Positions 46,720 to 58,385 of a DNA stretch of 61,134 nt are shown piece after piece. The translations under genes and the position numbers were made by a program. The stretch's first letter is position 1. Each line of letters begins with the position of its first letter. Source of the DNA: Macrostomum lignano. Lineage: Eukaryota. The stretch lies in contig NIVC01002469.1 of NCBI GenBank assembly GCA_002269645.1, forward strand, positions 1-61,134, given 5' to 3'. The notes under the pieces are model-generated. The model had not been told where the DNA came from and did no database searches. It saw nothing but the letters and a program-made list of their open reading frames with translations.

Positions 46720-47398
46720 ATACAGCTAGTCTTGACCCTAATTTGATTTGCAACCAGTCCTGATACTACTTTTATTTGCACCCAGTCCTGACACTAATTT
46801 GATTTGCAATGATTTGTAATTTTATTTGCAACCAGTCCTAACACTAATTTGATTTGCAGCCAGTTCTGACACTAATTCGATTTGCAGCCAGTTCTGACAC
46901 TAATTTGATTTGCAACCAGTCCTGACACTAATTTGATTTGCAACCAGTCCTGACACTAATTTGATTTGCAACCAGTCCTGACACTAATTCGATTTGCAGC
47001 CAGTTCTGACACTAATTTGATTTGCAACCAGTCCTGACACTAATTTGATTTGCAACCAGTCCTGACACTAATTTGATTTGCAACCAGTCCTGACACTAAT
47101 TTGATTTGCAACCAGTCCTGACACTAATTTGATTTGCAGCCAGTCCTGACACTAATTTGATTTGCATCCAGTCCTGACACTAATTTGATTTGCAACAAGT
47201 CCTGACACTAATTCAATTTGCAGCCAGTCCTGACACTAATTTGATTTGCAACCAGTCCTGACACTAATTTGATTTGCAGCCAGTCCTGACACTAATTTGA
47301 TTTGCAACCAGTCCTGACACTAATTTGATTTGCAGCCAGTCCTGACACTAATTTGATTTGCAACCAGTCCTGACACTAAATTTATTGCATGCCAGTCC
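46720..47398 (+). repeat. 28-bp minisatellite CCAGTCCTGACACTAATTTGATTTGCAA, ~23 units
   Basis: Direct; last degenerate unit provides the AG just upstream of the acidic ORF. Confidence 0.96.
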
Positions 47399-47406
47399 CA
47401 GCCACA

Positions 47407-47859
47407 ATGTCCACTGAGAACAGCAACGACCAGGAGGCTTCGGTTGACCGGGACCTAAACTTGAAGAAGCCCGCCAACGACCTTGCCGACGATTCCTGCG
47501 AGGGCGAAGGTGCCAACGGCGAAGAGGGCGACGCCGCCGGCGAGGACAACAGCCGCGCCAACGAATCTGACGATGACGAGGACGAGGGCGAGAGCGACGC
47601 TGAGGAGGATGAAGGAGAGGAGCCCGGCGAGGGCTACGGGGATGGCGATGGCGAAAGCGAGGCCGCTGCCAACAACAGTCGGAAGCGTCGCGTTGAGGAT
47701 AACGAAGACGAAGAGGACGAGGAGGAGGTCGGCGACCAGGACTTCGACGAGGACGAGGCTGAGGAGGCCGTGCCGGAGAAGCGGTCGCGCCGAGCGCTGC
47801 CAGGCGACAGCAACAGCAACAGTCGGCAGTCGGTGGACGAGGTCAGCTCGTCTGCTTGA
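47407..47859 (+). CDS. Small highly acidic protein with basic NLS-like motifs (prothymosin/parathymosin-like composition), 150 aa
   Basis: GC-rich open frame with high GC3; ACAATGT start 11 nt after a CCAG acceptor; RKRR and KRSRR motifs. Confidence 0.75.
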   Translation: MSTENSNDQEASVDRDLNLKKPANDLADDSCEGEGANGEEGDAAGEDNSRANESDDDEDEGESDAEEDEGEEPGEGYGDGDGESEAAANNSRKRRVEDNEDEEDEEEVGDQDFDEDEAEEAVPEKRSRRALPGDSNSNSRQSVDEVSSSA

Positions 47860-47957
47860 GCTCTGGTGATTTGGTGGCACCAGCTGCTGCCCGTGCTGAC
47901 ATGTGCGAGTGGTATTATACATAATCAGTGGGAAAGTGCAGGCAACGATCAGGGTTC

Positions 47958-48405
47958 AGGCCTCAGAACTCAGGTGACACACATCTCCCCTCAGATCAGG
48001 CCTCAGAACTCAGGTGACACACATCTCCCCTCAGATCAGGCCTCAAAGCTCAGGTGACACACATCTCCCCTCAGATCAGGCCTCAGAACTCAGGTGACAC
48101 ACATCTCCCCTCAGATCAGGCCTCAAAACTCAGGTGACACACATCTCCCCTCAGATCAGGCCTCAGAACTCCGGTGACACACATCTCCCCTCAGATCAGG
48201 CCTCAGAACTCAGGTGACACACATCTCCCCTCAGATCAGGCCTCAGAACTCAGGTGACACAAATCTCCCCTCAGATCAGGCCTCAGAACTCAGGTGACAC
48301 AAATCTCCCCTCAGATCAGGCCTCAGAACTCAGGTGACACACATCTCCCCTCAGATCAGGCCTCAGAACTCAGGTGACACACATCTCCCCTCAGATCAGG
48401 CCTCA
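47958..48405. repeat. 40-bp minisatellite CCTCAGAACTCAGGTGACACACATCTCCCCTCAGATCAGG, ~11 units
   Basis: Direct. Confidence 0.97.
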
Positions 48406-49103
48406 TTAATTCGAACTCATTAAACCAAGCAAGAAGTGTCCCACACACCAGCTGGTGAAGTCAGCGGCACAAGGCAATATTATTCATTGTTGTAAGAGCA
48501 GCTGTATTCCAAATACCTTTTTGTTCTTTGTTGTTTAAATGTTTGTTTTTTTAACTATTAATTACACTAGCTAGCCCATTTAACTTTACTGTTTCACGTC
48601 GTCACAATTTGGACTCACTGTGCTCAACTATCTTATTAATGTTTTAGCAAGGTTGTGTTAATAGGTGTTTCAATTTTACTGAACTTAATGCTAGAATAAT
48701 GTTTATGTATTATAGTTAACCTATAGCTCTGCTCGACATTAAATTGCAGTTAAAATTCACAGCATAAAGACCACGACAAATGCGTATTAATTGGCTCTCT
48801 ACTGCCAGCACTAGTAGTATATCCAGTTTTTTATAGTTTTTATCGACATAATAATCAAAGGTTTGTTAGTCAGCATTTACAAAGGCACAGGTGTTACCCG
48901 TCAGCAGCTGCTTTTATTATCTAATTATTATTTTATCAATTTACTGCGCTGTCAGTTTTAATTGTCTGTGGAATGCGGCGTCTACTAACTAAGTAGGCTC
49001 TAACGTGTTTTGTTAGTATTGTAAACGTTGGTTTTGTTGGCTGTTGTTTTTTTTTACTTTTTTTCATTCAGTTATTGGTTAGCTCCACAGATACTAGATT
49101 AAC

Positions 49104-49495
49104 TAGATGGGCCACTCAGCACATTTGCGTGTAAACTACTTTTAGTTCAGTAGTATGTTAAACAGAAGCATTATATTAGCTCTTAACTCTTAACCCCTCC
49201 CTAACTTAAACCCTCCAACTGCGCCTTTCCACACTACCCCCTCCCCCCACCCGCCCAATTTTTATTGCCTTTCTCGGAATTCCAGCCTAAAGCTGGCATG
49301 TACATTTCAGTGGACTGTCTAATGTACATTATTGCTGAACCAATTAGCAAGTTGTTTACGCCTGCAAGCTTGGGCTTCTAAACTTATCAAAGTCATTTCA
49401 GCTGCCTTCAGCTGCCTTTATTTTTATAAAATAGCTTATGTATTCTTCTTTGCTACTGAACTGAAAGTAGAAAGTTAATTAGAGTGGCCCATCTA
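49104..49495. mobile_element. MITE, TIR TAGATGGGCCACTC, copy 2 (inverted relative to copy 1)
   Basis: Perfect 14-bp TIR; shared internal blocks (CTACTGAACTGAAAGTAG, GGCAGCTG, GCGCCTTTCCAC). Confidence 0.82.
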
Positions 49496-49789
49496 TCTGT
49501 GCTCAAACCTGATACGAAGACTGATTTTTGTCGTCATTGTCGCTGAACAGCTAAAAATTAATTAATTAATTACTACTTCATTCGTTAATAAATTTGTTTT
49601 AAATGCACCTGTGTGTTTAGTGAAAAGTTTTTTTTTCATTTTTAATAAATACATTTTATTTAACCATCTACAGAATTTTTCTGTTTCGCGTCGTTTACAA
49701 ATCCAGATGTGCCGCTGTCCTGCTTGCATTGTTATACTCGGGGATCCTGTGGGTTAATAGCATTGCCTGACTTATCTAACACCCTTACA

Positions 49790-50225
49790 GGTGCTTTAGC
49801 TCACCCTGTAACATCCCTGTCTAACACCCTAGCTGGTAGGCTTTAGCTCACCCTGTAACATCCCTGTCTAACACCCTAGCTGGTAGGCTTTAGCTCACCC
49901 TGTAACATCACTGTCTAACACCCTAGCTGGTAGGCTTTAGCTCACCCTGTAACATCCCTGTCTAACACCCTAGCTGGTAGGCTTTAGCTCACCCTGTAAC
50001 ATCCCTGTCTAGCACCCTAGCTGGTAGGCTTTAGCTCACCCTGTAACATCACTGTCTAACACCCTAGCTGGTAGGCTTTAGCTCACCCTGTAACATCTCT
50101 GTCTAACACCCTAGCTGGTAGGCTTTAGCTCACCCTGTAACATCCCTGTCTAACACCTTAGCTGGTAGGCTTTAGCTCACCCTGTAACATCTCTGTCTAA
50201 CACCCTAGCTGGTAGGCTTTAGCAC
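49790..50225. repeat. 47-bp minisatellite CTTTAGCTCACCCTGTAACATCCCTGTCTAACACCCTAGCTGGTAGG, ~9 units
   Basis: Direct. Confidence 0.96.
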
Positions 50226-50915
50226 TCCGGAACTTCACTGTCTGAAAAGACACAATGAGCAATTAACTTTAAGCAGGAAATTCCATTGGCCTCAGTTGTG
50301 CAGTGTATTATCCTAATAAAATATATTTGGCTCATATTAGGCTCGAAGTTACGCTCATATATTTGCTTGTTTCTGTATTTAAATGTGCATAAAGTAGCAT
50401 TAATTGCAAGTATAGTACACAGGGAATTGCAAATGAATAAAAAAACAAGTGCTTAATGACAGTAGTATATAGTATAGCGATGTAGCCTAAAGTAACATTT
50501 TGAAACATCAATAACACTTGCGGCATTGGCACGAAGCAGCACACGGTGGAAATCAATAATTATAAATTGTTTAACTTTTGAAAGTTTGCGTGGATTCAAA
50601 GACTAGCTTGGAAGTGTCTTGAGTTGAATTAAATATGGAATTGTATAGGAGTAGATACTCAGCATAGAAACTAGTTGGTCAATCAAGTAAATAAGACCGA
50701 CTAAAAGTATAGCATAGACCGCAACCCTTTGATTAAAAAATAGTGCTGCGTCGTAGGTGTTTTATTTCTGGGTTAAAGCACGAATGAAAGTGGAAAGATT
50801 AGCATCTGCAGTATCCCCTAAGGCCGGTTTACAATCGAGAAGTTGAGACTTCTACCTGAGACTTTCTTAATAAACCTTTCACATTGAAGGAACACCCGAG
50901 ACGTCGGGAGCTGGG

Positions 50916-51504
50916 GATAATAATAACAGATAGATTACACCTACCCCAATTGGGCCAGATGTGCAACCGACAGCTCAGTCGCAGCTATTGCGCGGCGCAT
51001 CTGAAGTCTGCGTACGGCTGGGTGTCTTCACACATCCTCAATTACCCCAGCTAATGCTGGTGCCCATTTTACAGTTGGGTGAACTGAAGCAGTGCAGAGT
51101 TAAGTGTCTTGCTCAAGGACACAAATAGTGGGATCGGGAATCGAACCTCTAACCTTCAAGAAGTCTAACCACCAGGCCAGGCGCGTCGCCATCGGAGGGG
51201 GACAGGGAGGATATGCCAATGCTTTGTCCCCCACCCCACCTTGTGACCCGTTGTGGTAATCAATAATTTTTCTTTAGGGCGCGAAAATGAGTGTCTGTAG
51301 CGCTGAAAGGAATGCCATCGGCGCTAAAAGGAATGCCTGTGGCGCCAAAATGAGTACCTGTGGCGCCAAAATGAGCGCTGACGACACGATTCTGAAAATA
51401 ATGAATGAAATTGTAGGAACTTTTAGTCATGTACATGTTGAATTCGGCTTTGTCTCCCCACCATAAAATCCATGGCGACGCCCTTGCACCAGGCTGCAAC
51501 CTCC
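50916..51504 (-). mobile_element. CORE-type SINE copy 2, split by a MITE in its tRNA head
   Basis: Reverse complement aligns to 28612-28890 (B box, CORE, 3' body, TTA tail); head GGAGGTTGCAGCCTGGTG resumes beyond the MITE. Confidence 0.82.
51178..51486. mobile_element. hAT-like MITE, 309 bp
   Basis: 15-bp TIR CA(G/A)G(C/G)GCGTCGCCAT (13/15); perfect 8-bp TSD CACCAGGC (51170-77 and 51487-94). Confidence 0.88.
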
Positions 51505-51614
51505 TAGCCTAGAGAAGCCTTAAGAAGTATCGATGATTCTCTTTGTAAAAGTATGGAATTCAGATTAACTGTTTCAATAGTCACGCATGCATGTACAAAC
51601 TGTTGACCCAGAGT

Positions 51615-52211
51615 TCATCCGGCCTCTTGCGGAGCCGCCGAAGCTCCATTGCTGCTGCCGCCGCCGCCGCCGCGCTGTTGCCGTTTGATCTCGCGCTCAT
51701 TTCGCTGAATATGCGGATTGCTCCGAGCGCCGACTGTGGCCACCACGAAGGCCAGGCCGCAGAGAATCCGCAGCACGGAGCGGAGCAGGTGCTGGCTGAT
51801 GCGGATGCCGGCGATGTTGTACAGCAGGCAGCGGGCGAAGACGCCACCGCTGGCGGCGTCGCGGTGCAAGCAGAAGGCGTCGATCATAGCGCCGTAGAGA
51901 ATCGGCGAAATTGTCGACGAGAAGCTGGCCGCGAAGGTGATGAAGCCGAAGCCGATGTCCTTGTCGCGGGCGCTGATGGCGCGGATGACGATGACGCACA
52001 CGATGCTCTTCACCGCGCCAGCCAGCAGGTTCAGGCAGAAGAAGATGCAGTTGTAGGCGATGAGGGCCGCGCTGCAGCCGCCGCCGACTCCGCAAAAGCC
52101 GTCGAAGGCGACGAAGCCGGCAGGCGACGCCGTGGACGACGAAGACGCGACGGCGTCGCAGCCGCAGCCTTCAAAGCTGGCCAGCAGCGGAAGCGGCTGC
52201 GGACTCTCGGT
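51615..52211 (-). CDS. OATP/SLCO transporter, last coding exon (FEGCGC...DKDIGFG...PILYGAMIDAFC....RCLLYN)
   Basis: OATP motifs P..YG..ID..C and C.LY; CTCCCAG acceptor, phase 0, creating an N-S-T sequon across the junction. Confidence 0.9.
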   Translation of the reverse strand, partial: TESPQPLPLLASFEGCGCDAVASSSSTASPAGFVAFDGFCGVGGGCSAALIAYNCIFFCLNLLAGAVKSIVCVIVIRAISARDKDIGFGFITFAASFSSTISPILYGAMIDAFCLHRDAASGGVFARCLLYNIAGIRISQHLLRSVLRILCGLAFVVATVGARSNPHIQRNEREIKRQQRGGGGGSSNGASAAPQEAG

Positions 52212-52357
52212 CTGGGAGCGGAGGATCGAGCAGGCAGATAAGCTGGTTTTGTTATAATCCAAGATCCTGGCACCGGCTATGTACATTGGTACAGGCCACC
52301 TGATCACGCAAAAACTGCCTCATTTTGTGGCCCAAAAATTTATAAACACCTGCGTGC

Positions 52358-52852
52358 TTAGTCAGAATCCAGCATAAACACCTGCGCGCCGCTTACTCAG
52401 AATCCAGCATAAACACCTGCGTGCTTACTCAGAATCCAGCATAAACACCTGCGTGCTTAGTCAGAATCCAGCATAAACACCTGCGTGCTTAGTCAGAATC
52501 CAGCATAAACACCTGCGTGCTTAGTCAGAATCCAGCATAAACACCTGCGCGCTTAGTCAGAATCCAGCATAAACACCTGCGCGCTTAGTCAGAATCCAGC
52601 ATAAACACCTGCGCGCTTACTCAGAATCCAGCATAAACACCTGCGCGCTTACTCAGAATCCAGCATAAACACCTGCGCGCTTACTCAGAATCCAGCATAA
52701 ACACCTGCGCGCCGCTTACTCAGAATCCAGCATAAACACCTGCGCGCCGCTTACTCAGAATCCAGCATAAACACCTGCGCGCCGCTTAAGCAGAATCCAG
52801 CATAAACACCTGCGCGCCGCTTACTCAGAATCCAGCATAAACACCTGCGCTC
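52358..52852. repeat. 32/35-bp minisatellite GCTTA(C/G)TCAGAATCCAGCATAAACACCTGCGC
   Basis: Direct. Confidence 0.96.
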
Positions 52853-53929
52853 TTAAATCTAGCCAAGCCTGCTAGATTTCCTGCTGGCAAGACCGGCAGC
52901 GGTCACCTGCCCAGGCCTCTTCCTCGGCTAATCCTGCATTTCTGATTCCGACAGTCACCCAGACTGACAGCAATTTTCTCCTAGCAGCAGCAAGAAAAGT
53001 TGCCAGCCCACCTAAGTAAATGATTTCTGTGCCTTGAAAACTGCTCAGGCCCGAGGATTGAGTACACAGTAGTCAAGAGCGAGAGCAGTCAGAGTGGCCT
53101 GCACAAGCTTGGCACTAATTCGCGGCTGCACTGAGAGCTGCAATTAGGTCAGCAGGCCAGGAAATTCCACTCGCAATTACTTCGTCATAAATTTGGTTTT
53201 AGCAATTAAAAAATTGGCGCGGCTTTGAGGTGCGCAGTTTTCTAACCAGATTAAAGCCGCCATCTGCGCGCTCTGCCGAGTTTGTTTACACTTTGGATTT
53301 CTAAATTCGTCTTGTACGCTTTCTCTACTAGAAGCAGAAATTCTCTGGCTATCGCCTTTCGCATGCAGGGAGCCTGTTATCTTCTAGCAGGCTGGTCACT
53401 CTAGCCGGGCTGCAATGGACCGCAGGTTCTGCCGCAGCTGTGACCAGCCAGCTGCTATCTTGCACTGGAATCTCTGCAGTTCGCAGTTGCGCACACTAGT
53501 GCTATTTTTCTTCATTGCGTAATGCTGGCTGGACTGTTTCATGGACCACTAAAGCTGGATGCTGCAATTCCAAATCGTGCGGAACTCGCACTGGCGGGCA
53601 CAGTTTCACTCACAAGGCACAGAGACTGTATATGCCTGACGATTAGAAAGTCAGGGCCAGCTGTACACCCTGTGTGAGCGTGTGTGTGATTGCGTGCCTT
53701 CATACATTATTGGCGCGCTTGTATGTGTGCTCAGGGAGTCAGCGGAATGGGCAGAATTGCAGTCAGCGCTGGCTGTGAGACGAAGGCGCTGCGGCTCTGT
53801 CTATGGTAAAACCTGTTTGCTACTGGCTTGAACTGACCACTGATCCCAACACTGATTCTGTGTGCTGTATCATTACTCAAACCTTGTTTCCATGATAACT
53901 GCCAGGATTCGAACTCTGGTCCAACTCAC

Positions 53930-54050
53930 CGAGTTGTAAAATGAAAAACTCGAGCAGCCGGCCAGACAGGGCGACAAGTAGGAGGCGTTGCCGGAGCAGA
54001 CGGGCCGGTACTGCCGGCTGTCGCAGTCGCACAGGGCGCAGGCGGCGGGA
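53930..54050 (-). CDS. OATP Kazal-like domain exon (PAACALCDCDSRQYRPVCSGNASYLSPCLAGCSSFSFYNS)
   Basis: CxC..Y.PVC...Y.SPC.AGC signature; AAGCAG tandem acceptor (54050 or 54053); GTGAGT donor. Absent from the ORF track on this strand. Confidence 0.93.
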
Positions 54051-54089
54051 CTGCTTGGGGTGGAGAGTGGATGGGGCTGGCGGTTGTTT

Positions 54090-55370
54090 CTTCAGTGACT
54101 CTGGGGCTGCAGCTGTGTCCCTTCAGTGACTCTCTGAAGCTGGGCAGCTGTGTCCCTTCAGTGACTTTCTGGGGCTGGGCAACTGTGTCCCTTCAGTGAC
54201 TTTCTGGGGCTGCAGCTGTGTCCCTTCAGTGACTCCTGAGGCTGGGCAGCTGTGTCCCTTCAGTGACTCCTGAGGCTGGGCAGCTGTGTCCCTTCAGTGA
54301 CTTTCTGGGGCTGGGCAGCTGTGTCCCTTCAGTGACTCTCTGAGGCTGGGCAACTGTGTCCCTTCAGTGACTCCTGAGGCTGGGCAGCTGTGTCCCTTCA
54401 GTGACTCTCTGAGGCTGGGCAACTGTGTCCCTTCAGTGACTCCTGAGGCTGGGCAGCTGTGTCCCTTCAGTGACTCCTGAGGCTGGGCAGCTGTGTCCCT
54501 TCAGTGACTTTCTGAAGCTGGGCAGCTGTGTCCCTTCAGTGACTCCTGAGGCTGGGCAACTGTGTCCCTTCAGTGACTCCTGAGGCTGGGCAGCTGTGTC
54601 CCTTCAGTGACTCCTGAGGCTGGGCAGCTGTGTCCCTTCAGTGACTCCTGAGGCTGGGCAGCTGTGTCCCTTCAGTGACTTTCTGGGGCTGGGCAGCTGT
54701 GTCCCTTCAGTGACTCTCTGAGGCTGGGCAACTGTGTCCCTTCAGTGACTCCTGAGGCTGGGCAGCTGTGTCCCTTCAGTGACTCTCTGAGGCTGGGCAA
54801 CTGTGTCCCTTCAGTGACTCCTGAGGCTGGGCAGCTGTGTCCCTTCAGTGACTCCTGAGGCTGGGCAGCTGTGTCCCTTCAGTGACTTTCTGAAGCTGGG
54901 CAGCTGTGTCCCTTCAGTGACTCCTGAGGCTGGGCAACTGTGTCCCTTCAGTGACTCCTGAGGCTGGGCAGCTGTGTCCCTTCAGTGACTCCTGAGGCTG
55001 GGCAGCTGTGTCCCTTCAGTGACTCCTGAGGCTGGGCAGCTGTGTCCCTTCAGTGACTTTCTGGGGCTAAGCAGCTGTGTCCCTTCAGTGACTCTCTGAA
55101 GCTGAGCAGCTGTGTCCCTTCAGTGACTTTCTGGGGCTGCAGCTGTGTCCCTTCAGTGACTCTCTGAGGCTGGGCAGCTGTGTCCCTTCAGTGACTTTCT
55201 GGGGCTGGGCAGCTGTGTCCCTTCAGTGACTCTGAGGCTACAGCTGTGTCCCTTCAGTGACTCTCTGAGGCTGGGCAGCTGTGTCCCTTCAGTGACTCTC
55301 TGAAGCTGGGCAGCTGTGTCCCTTCAGTGACTCTCTGAGGCTGGGCAGCTGTGTCCCTTCAGTGACTCTG
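54090..55370. repeat. 34/35-bp minisatellite CTGTGTCCCTTCAGTGACTCCTGAGGCTGGGCAG, ~37 units
   Basis: Direct. Confidence 0.97.
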
Positions 55371-55890
55371 GGCGACCAATCGGAAACAGTAATGCACGTG
55401 ACAGCAGCCTATCGAGAGGCCGCGACAGTCTAATAAAAGAGTTCAAGCCCGTAACAGATAATAATAAAAAAGTCACGTGACAGATCGAAATTCAACGTGG
55501 CGCAGTTCAGCGCATCTCAGCAAGCTCTTAAGCAATGCGAAACGGTGATTTTAAATCGCAAACAGAGAGTGACAGCACAAAAATGTTGATTTTGAGAAAT
55601 CACAAGATCACAGGATCTTGGATTATAATTAAAATTTTGAGTATAGTCAGGGTCCTATTGCTGACCCGATTGTTTTAAACTTCGTTTTATCACGTGCTTC
55701 TGATAAGTAGCGCCGCTGCATTTGTGCCTGAATTTTTTATACAGCTTTGCTGCTCACTGCTTGCTTTTGCCTACGGCACGAAGTTTTCATCCCTGATCCC
55801 CTTTGCCGACCTGGGCAACATCACGTTCGCAATTGTATCGGTGTCAGCCTGTCCACCAATCAATCAATTATCAATCAATTAATCTCTTCT

Positions 55891-56228
<338 letters not shown>

Positions 56229-56241
56229 CGCCATATCTCAC

Positions 56242-56471
56242 CTGTCAAAGTCAGTGAACTCGGGTGTCGCTCTGCACTCCAGCAAAGCTCCAATGTTTCC
56301 CAGCAGGCCGATCGCCAGGCAGACCCCTGTGGTGAGCGCCAGCAGTTTGCTCAGCGACAGCCGGGCCCGGTTCATGAAGATGCCGCCCCCCAGAGTCCCC
56401 AGGGCCGATGAAAAGCCCTCCACAATGCCCGCGTACAGACCCGCCTCGCCTGTGGTCACTCCGAATCCGAC
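56242..56471 (-). CDS. OATP exon 2 ([32 protein letters not shown]...ALLEC)
   Basis: OATP TM8-9 pattern (F.....A..Y.G......G...GG); CCAG and GTGAGA sites, phases 0/2. Confidence 0.92.
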
Positions 56472-56599
56472 CTGGGTTGCGGAAATTTCGGCAGGACTCG
56501 ATCATCTCCGCCAAACTCACATTATATTTTTAATATGAAGTCAGGGCTGATGTGAAAGTAGGACAGAAAGAATATTCAGTCTAAAAAGCTTCTCATAGA

Positions 56600-57185
56600 A
56601 ACCCGTTTGGAACCAGCTTCTCCATTTGAACACCTAAATTGCTTCCCATTTGTTCACCCAACCAGCTTCCCAATTGGAACTCTCAACCAGCTTCCCCATT
56701 GGAACTCTCAACCAGCTTCCCCATTTGAACACCCAACCAGCTTCCCATTGAAACACCCAACCAGCTTTCCCATTGAAACACCCAACCAGCTTCCCATTGA
56801 AACACCCAACCAGCTTTCCCATTGAAACACCCAACCAGCTTCCCATTGAAACACCCAACCAGCTTTCCCATTGGAAGACCCAACCAGCTTCCCCATCGGA
56901 AGACCCCAACCAGCTTCCCCATCGGAAGACCTAACCAGCTTCCCCATCGGAAGACCCCAACCAGCTTCCCCATCGGAAGACCTAACCAGCTTCCCCACCG
57001 GAAGCAGCCAGCTTCCCCAATCCCCATTGGAAGACCCAACCAGCTTCCCCACCGGAAGCAGCCAGCTTCCCCACCGGAAGCAGCCAGCTTCCCCACCGGA
57101 AGCAGCCAGCTTCCCCATTGGAAGACCCAACCAGCTTCCCAATCGAAACCAACCATCTTCCCCACCGGAAGCAGCCAGCTTCCCG
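56600..57185. repeat. ~26-bp minisatellite (CCAACCAGCTTCCCCATTGGAAGAC-like)
   Basis: Direct. Confidence 0.93.
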
Positions 57186-57200
57186 GACTGGAACGCGGAC

Positions 57201-58385
57201 CTGGTAGTACTTGGGCAGGAAGGCCAGGAAGCCCATGAAGGCCAGGAACTCCAGCGCGGCGCCGATCAGCAGCGCCAGGAAGGTGAGGTTGCCGGCCAGC
57301 CGGCGCAGCGTGTGCGACAGGCCGGTCTTGACCAGGCTGGCCGGGTCCAGGCTCACCACGCTGTTCAGCAGGTCGACAGCCGGCGTCGGGCGGTCTCCGT
57401 TCTCGGCGCCTGGGGCGGCGGCCTCGGCTGCTTTGGCTGGAGTCGGCAGCCCCGACTTCGATGCGTCGCAATCAGCTGCTTGATGATTCTGTTGCTGCTC
57501 CTGCGGCGCCGCGGAGCCGTCCTCGCACAGGGCTCGGCCGTCGGGTTCGTCGAGGTCCGAAGCCGGGGGAAGCCGCTTCTCCGTGGGCAGCTCGATCTCC
57601 TCCGGCTGGCCGTCATCCGGGCGGGGCAGCTGCCTGGGGAAGCAGAACATGGTCAGCGAGCAGCAGGCGGTGAGGCCGGAGAGGCACACGAAGCCGAGCC
57701 ACCAGGCGCCGACGCCGGTGTGTTCGGCGGCGCCGCTCAGCAGGCTCTCGGGCAGCATGGCCAGCTGGCCGCCGATGATGTACCCGGGCACCGGCGCCAC
57801 GAAGCGGAGGGCCATCATGGCGGATATGTACACCGGGGCGCGCACCTTTGATACGTGGTCGTCGATGTAGGCGAGGCCCAGGTTCCAGAACGGCGTGCTG
57901 CCGACGCCAACCAGGAAGGCGCCGAGCACCAGCACGAAGTAGGCGACAGCCGACTGGCGGCTGAGCGGCTGCTGGCCGTCGGCAGCGACTGCGGCCGCGG
58001 CAGCCGACGTGGTGGCAGTGGAGTTGCACAGCAGTCCGGCTGAAGGGGAGCTCGACTGGGAGGCCGCCGAGCCGCCCGCGCCAGCCGGCATGGGGCCAAA
58101 GAAATAGTATGGACTGCTCATGATGAGAATGCCCAGCGACAGGAGCAGCCCGAGGCCGCCCATTGTCCGCGGCCGGTGGGCCTGGCGACCGTAGAAGCTG
58201 ACGGGCAGGACGCCCAGCAGGTAGCCGAAGTCGCTGGAGCCCTGCAGCAGGCCTGACAGCTTGCTGGGCAGGTTGAAGCGCTTCTCCAGGGTCGTGAGCA
58301 TGGAGATCAGGTAGGTGTCGAAGCTGCCGTAGACCAGGGCGAACAGGCCCAGGCAGAGTGTGTAGGCGTTGATGTTGCAGGGCAT
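57201..58385 (-). CDS. OATP/SLCO organic anion transporter, coding exon 1 (total ~710 aa)
   Basis: TTLEKRF.L.S..SG, SFYGR..HRPR, LG..YIDD.V....P.Y, GAWWLGF and LPRP motifs; donor CAG|GTCCGC. Confidence 0.95.

Noticed and set aside
56982-57200. C-terminal extension of the 467-aa OATP ORF, and ORF 56683-57471
   Set aside because: Read-through into the intronic minisatellite past the donor at 57200.
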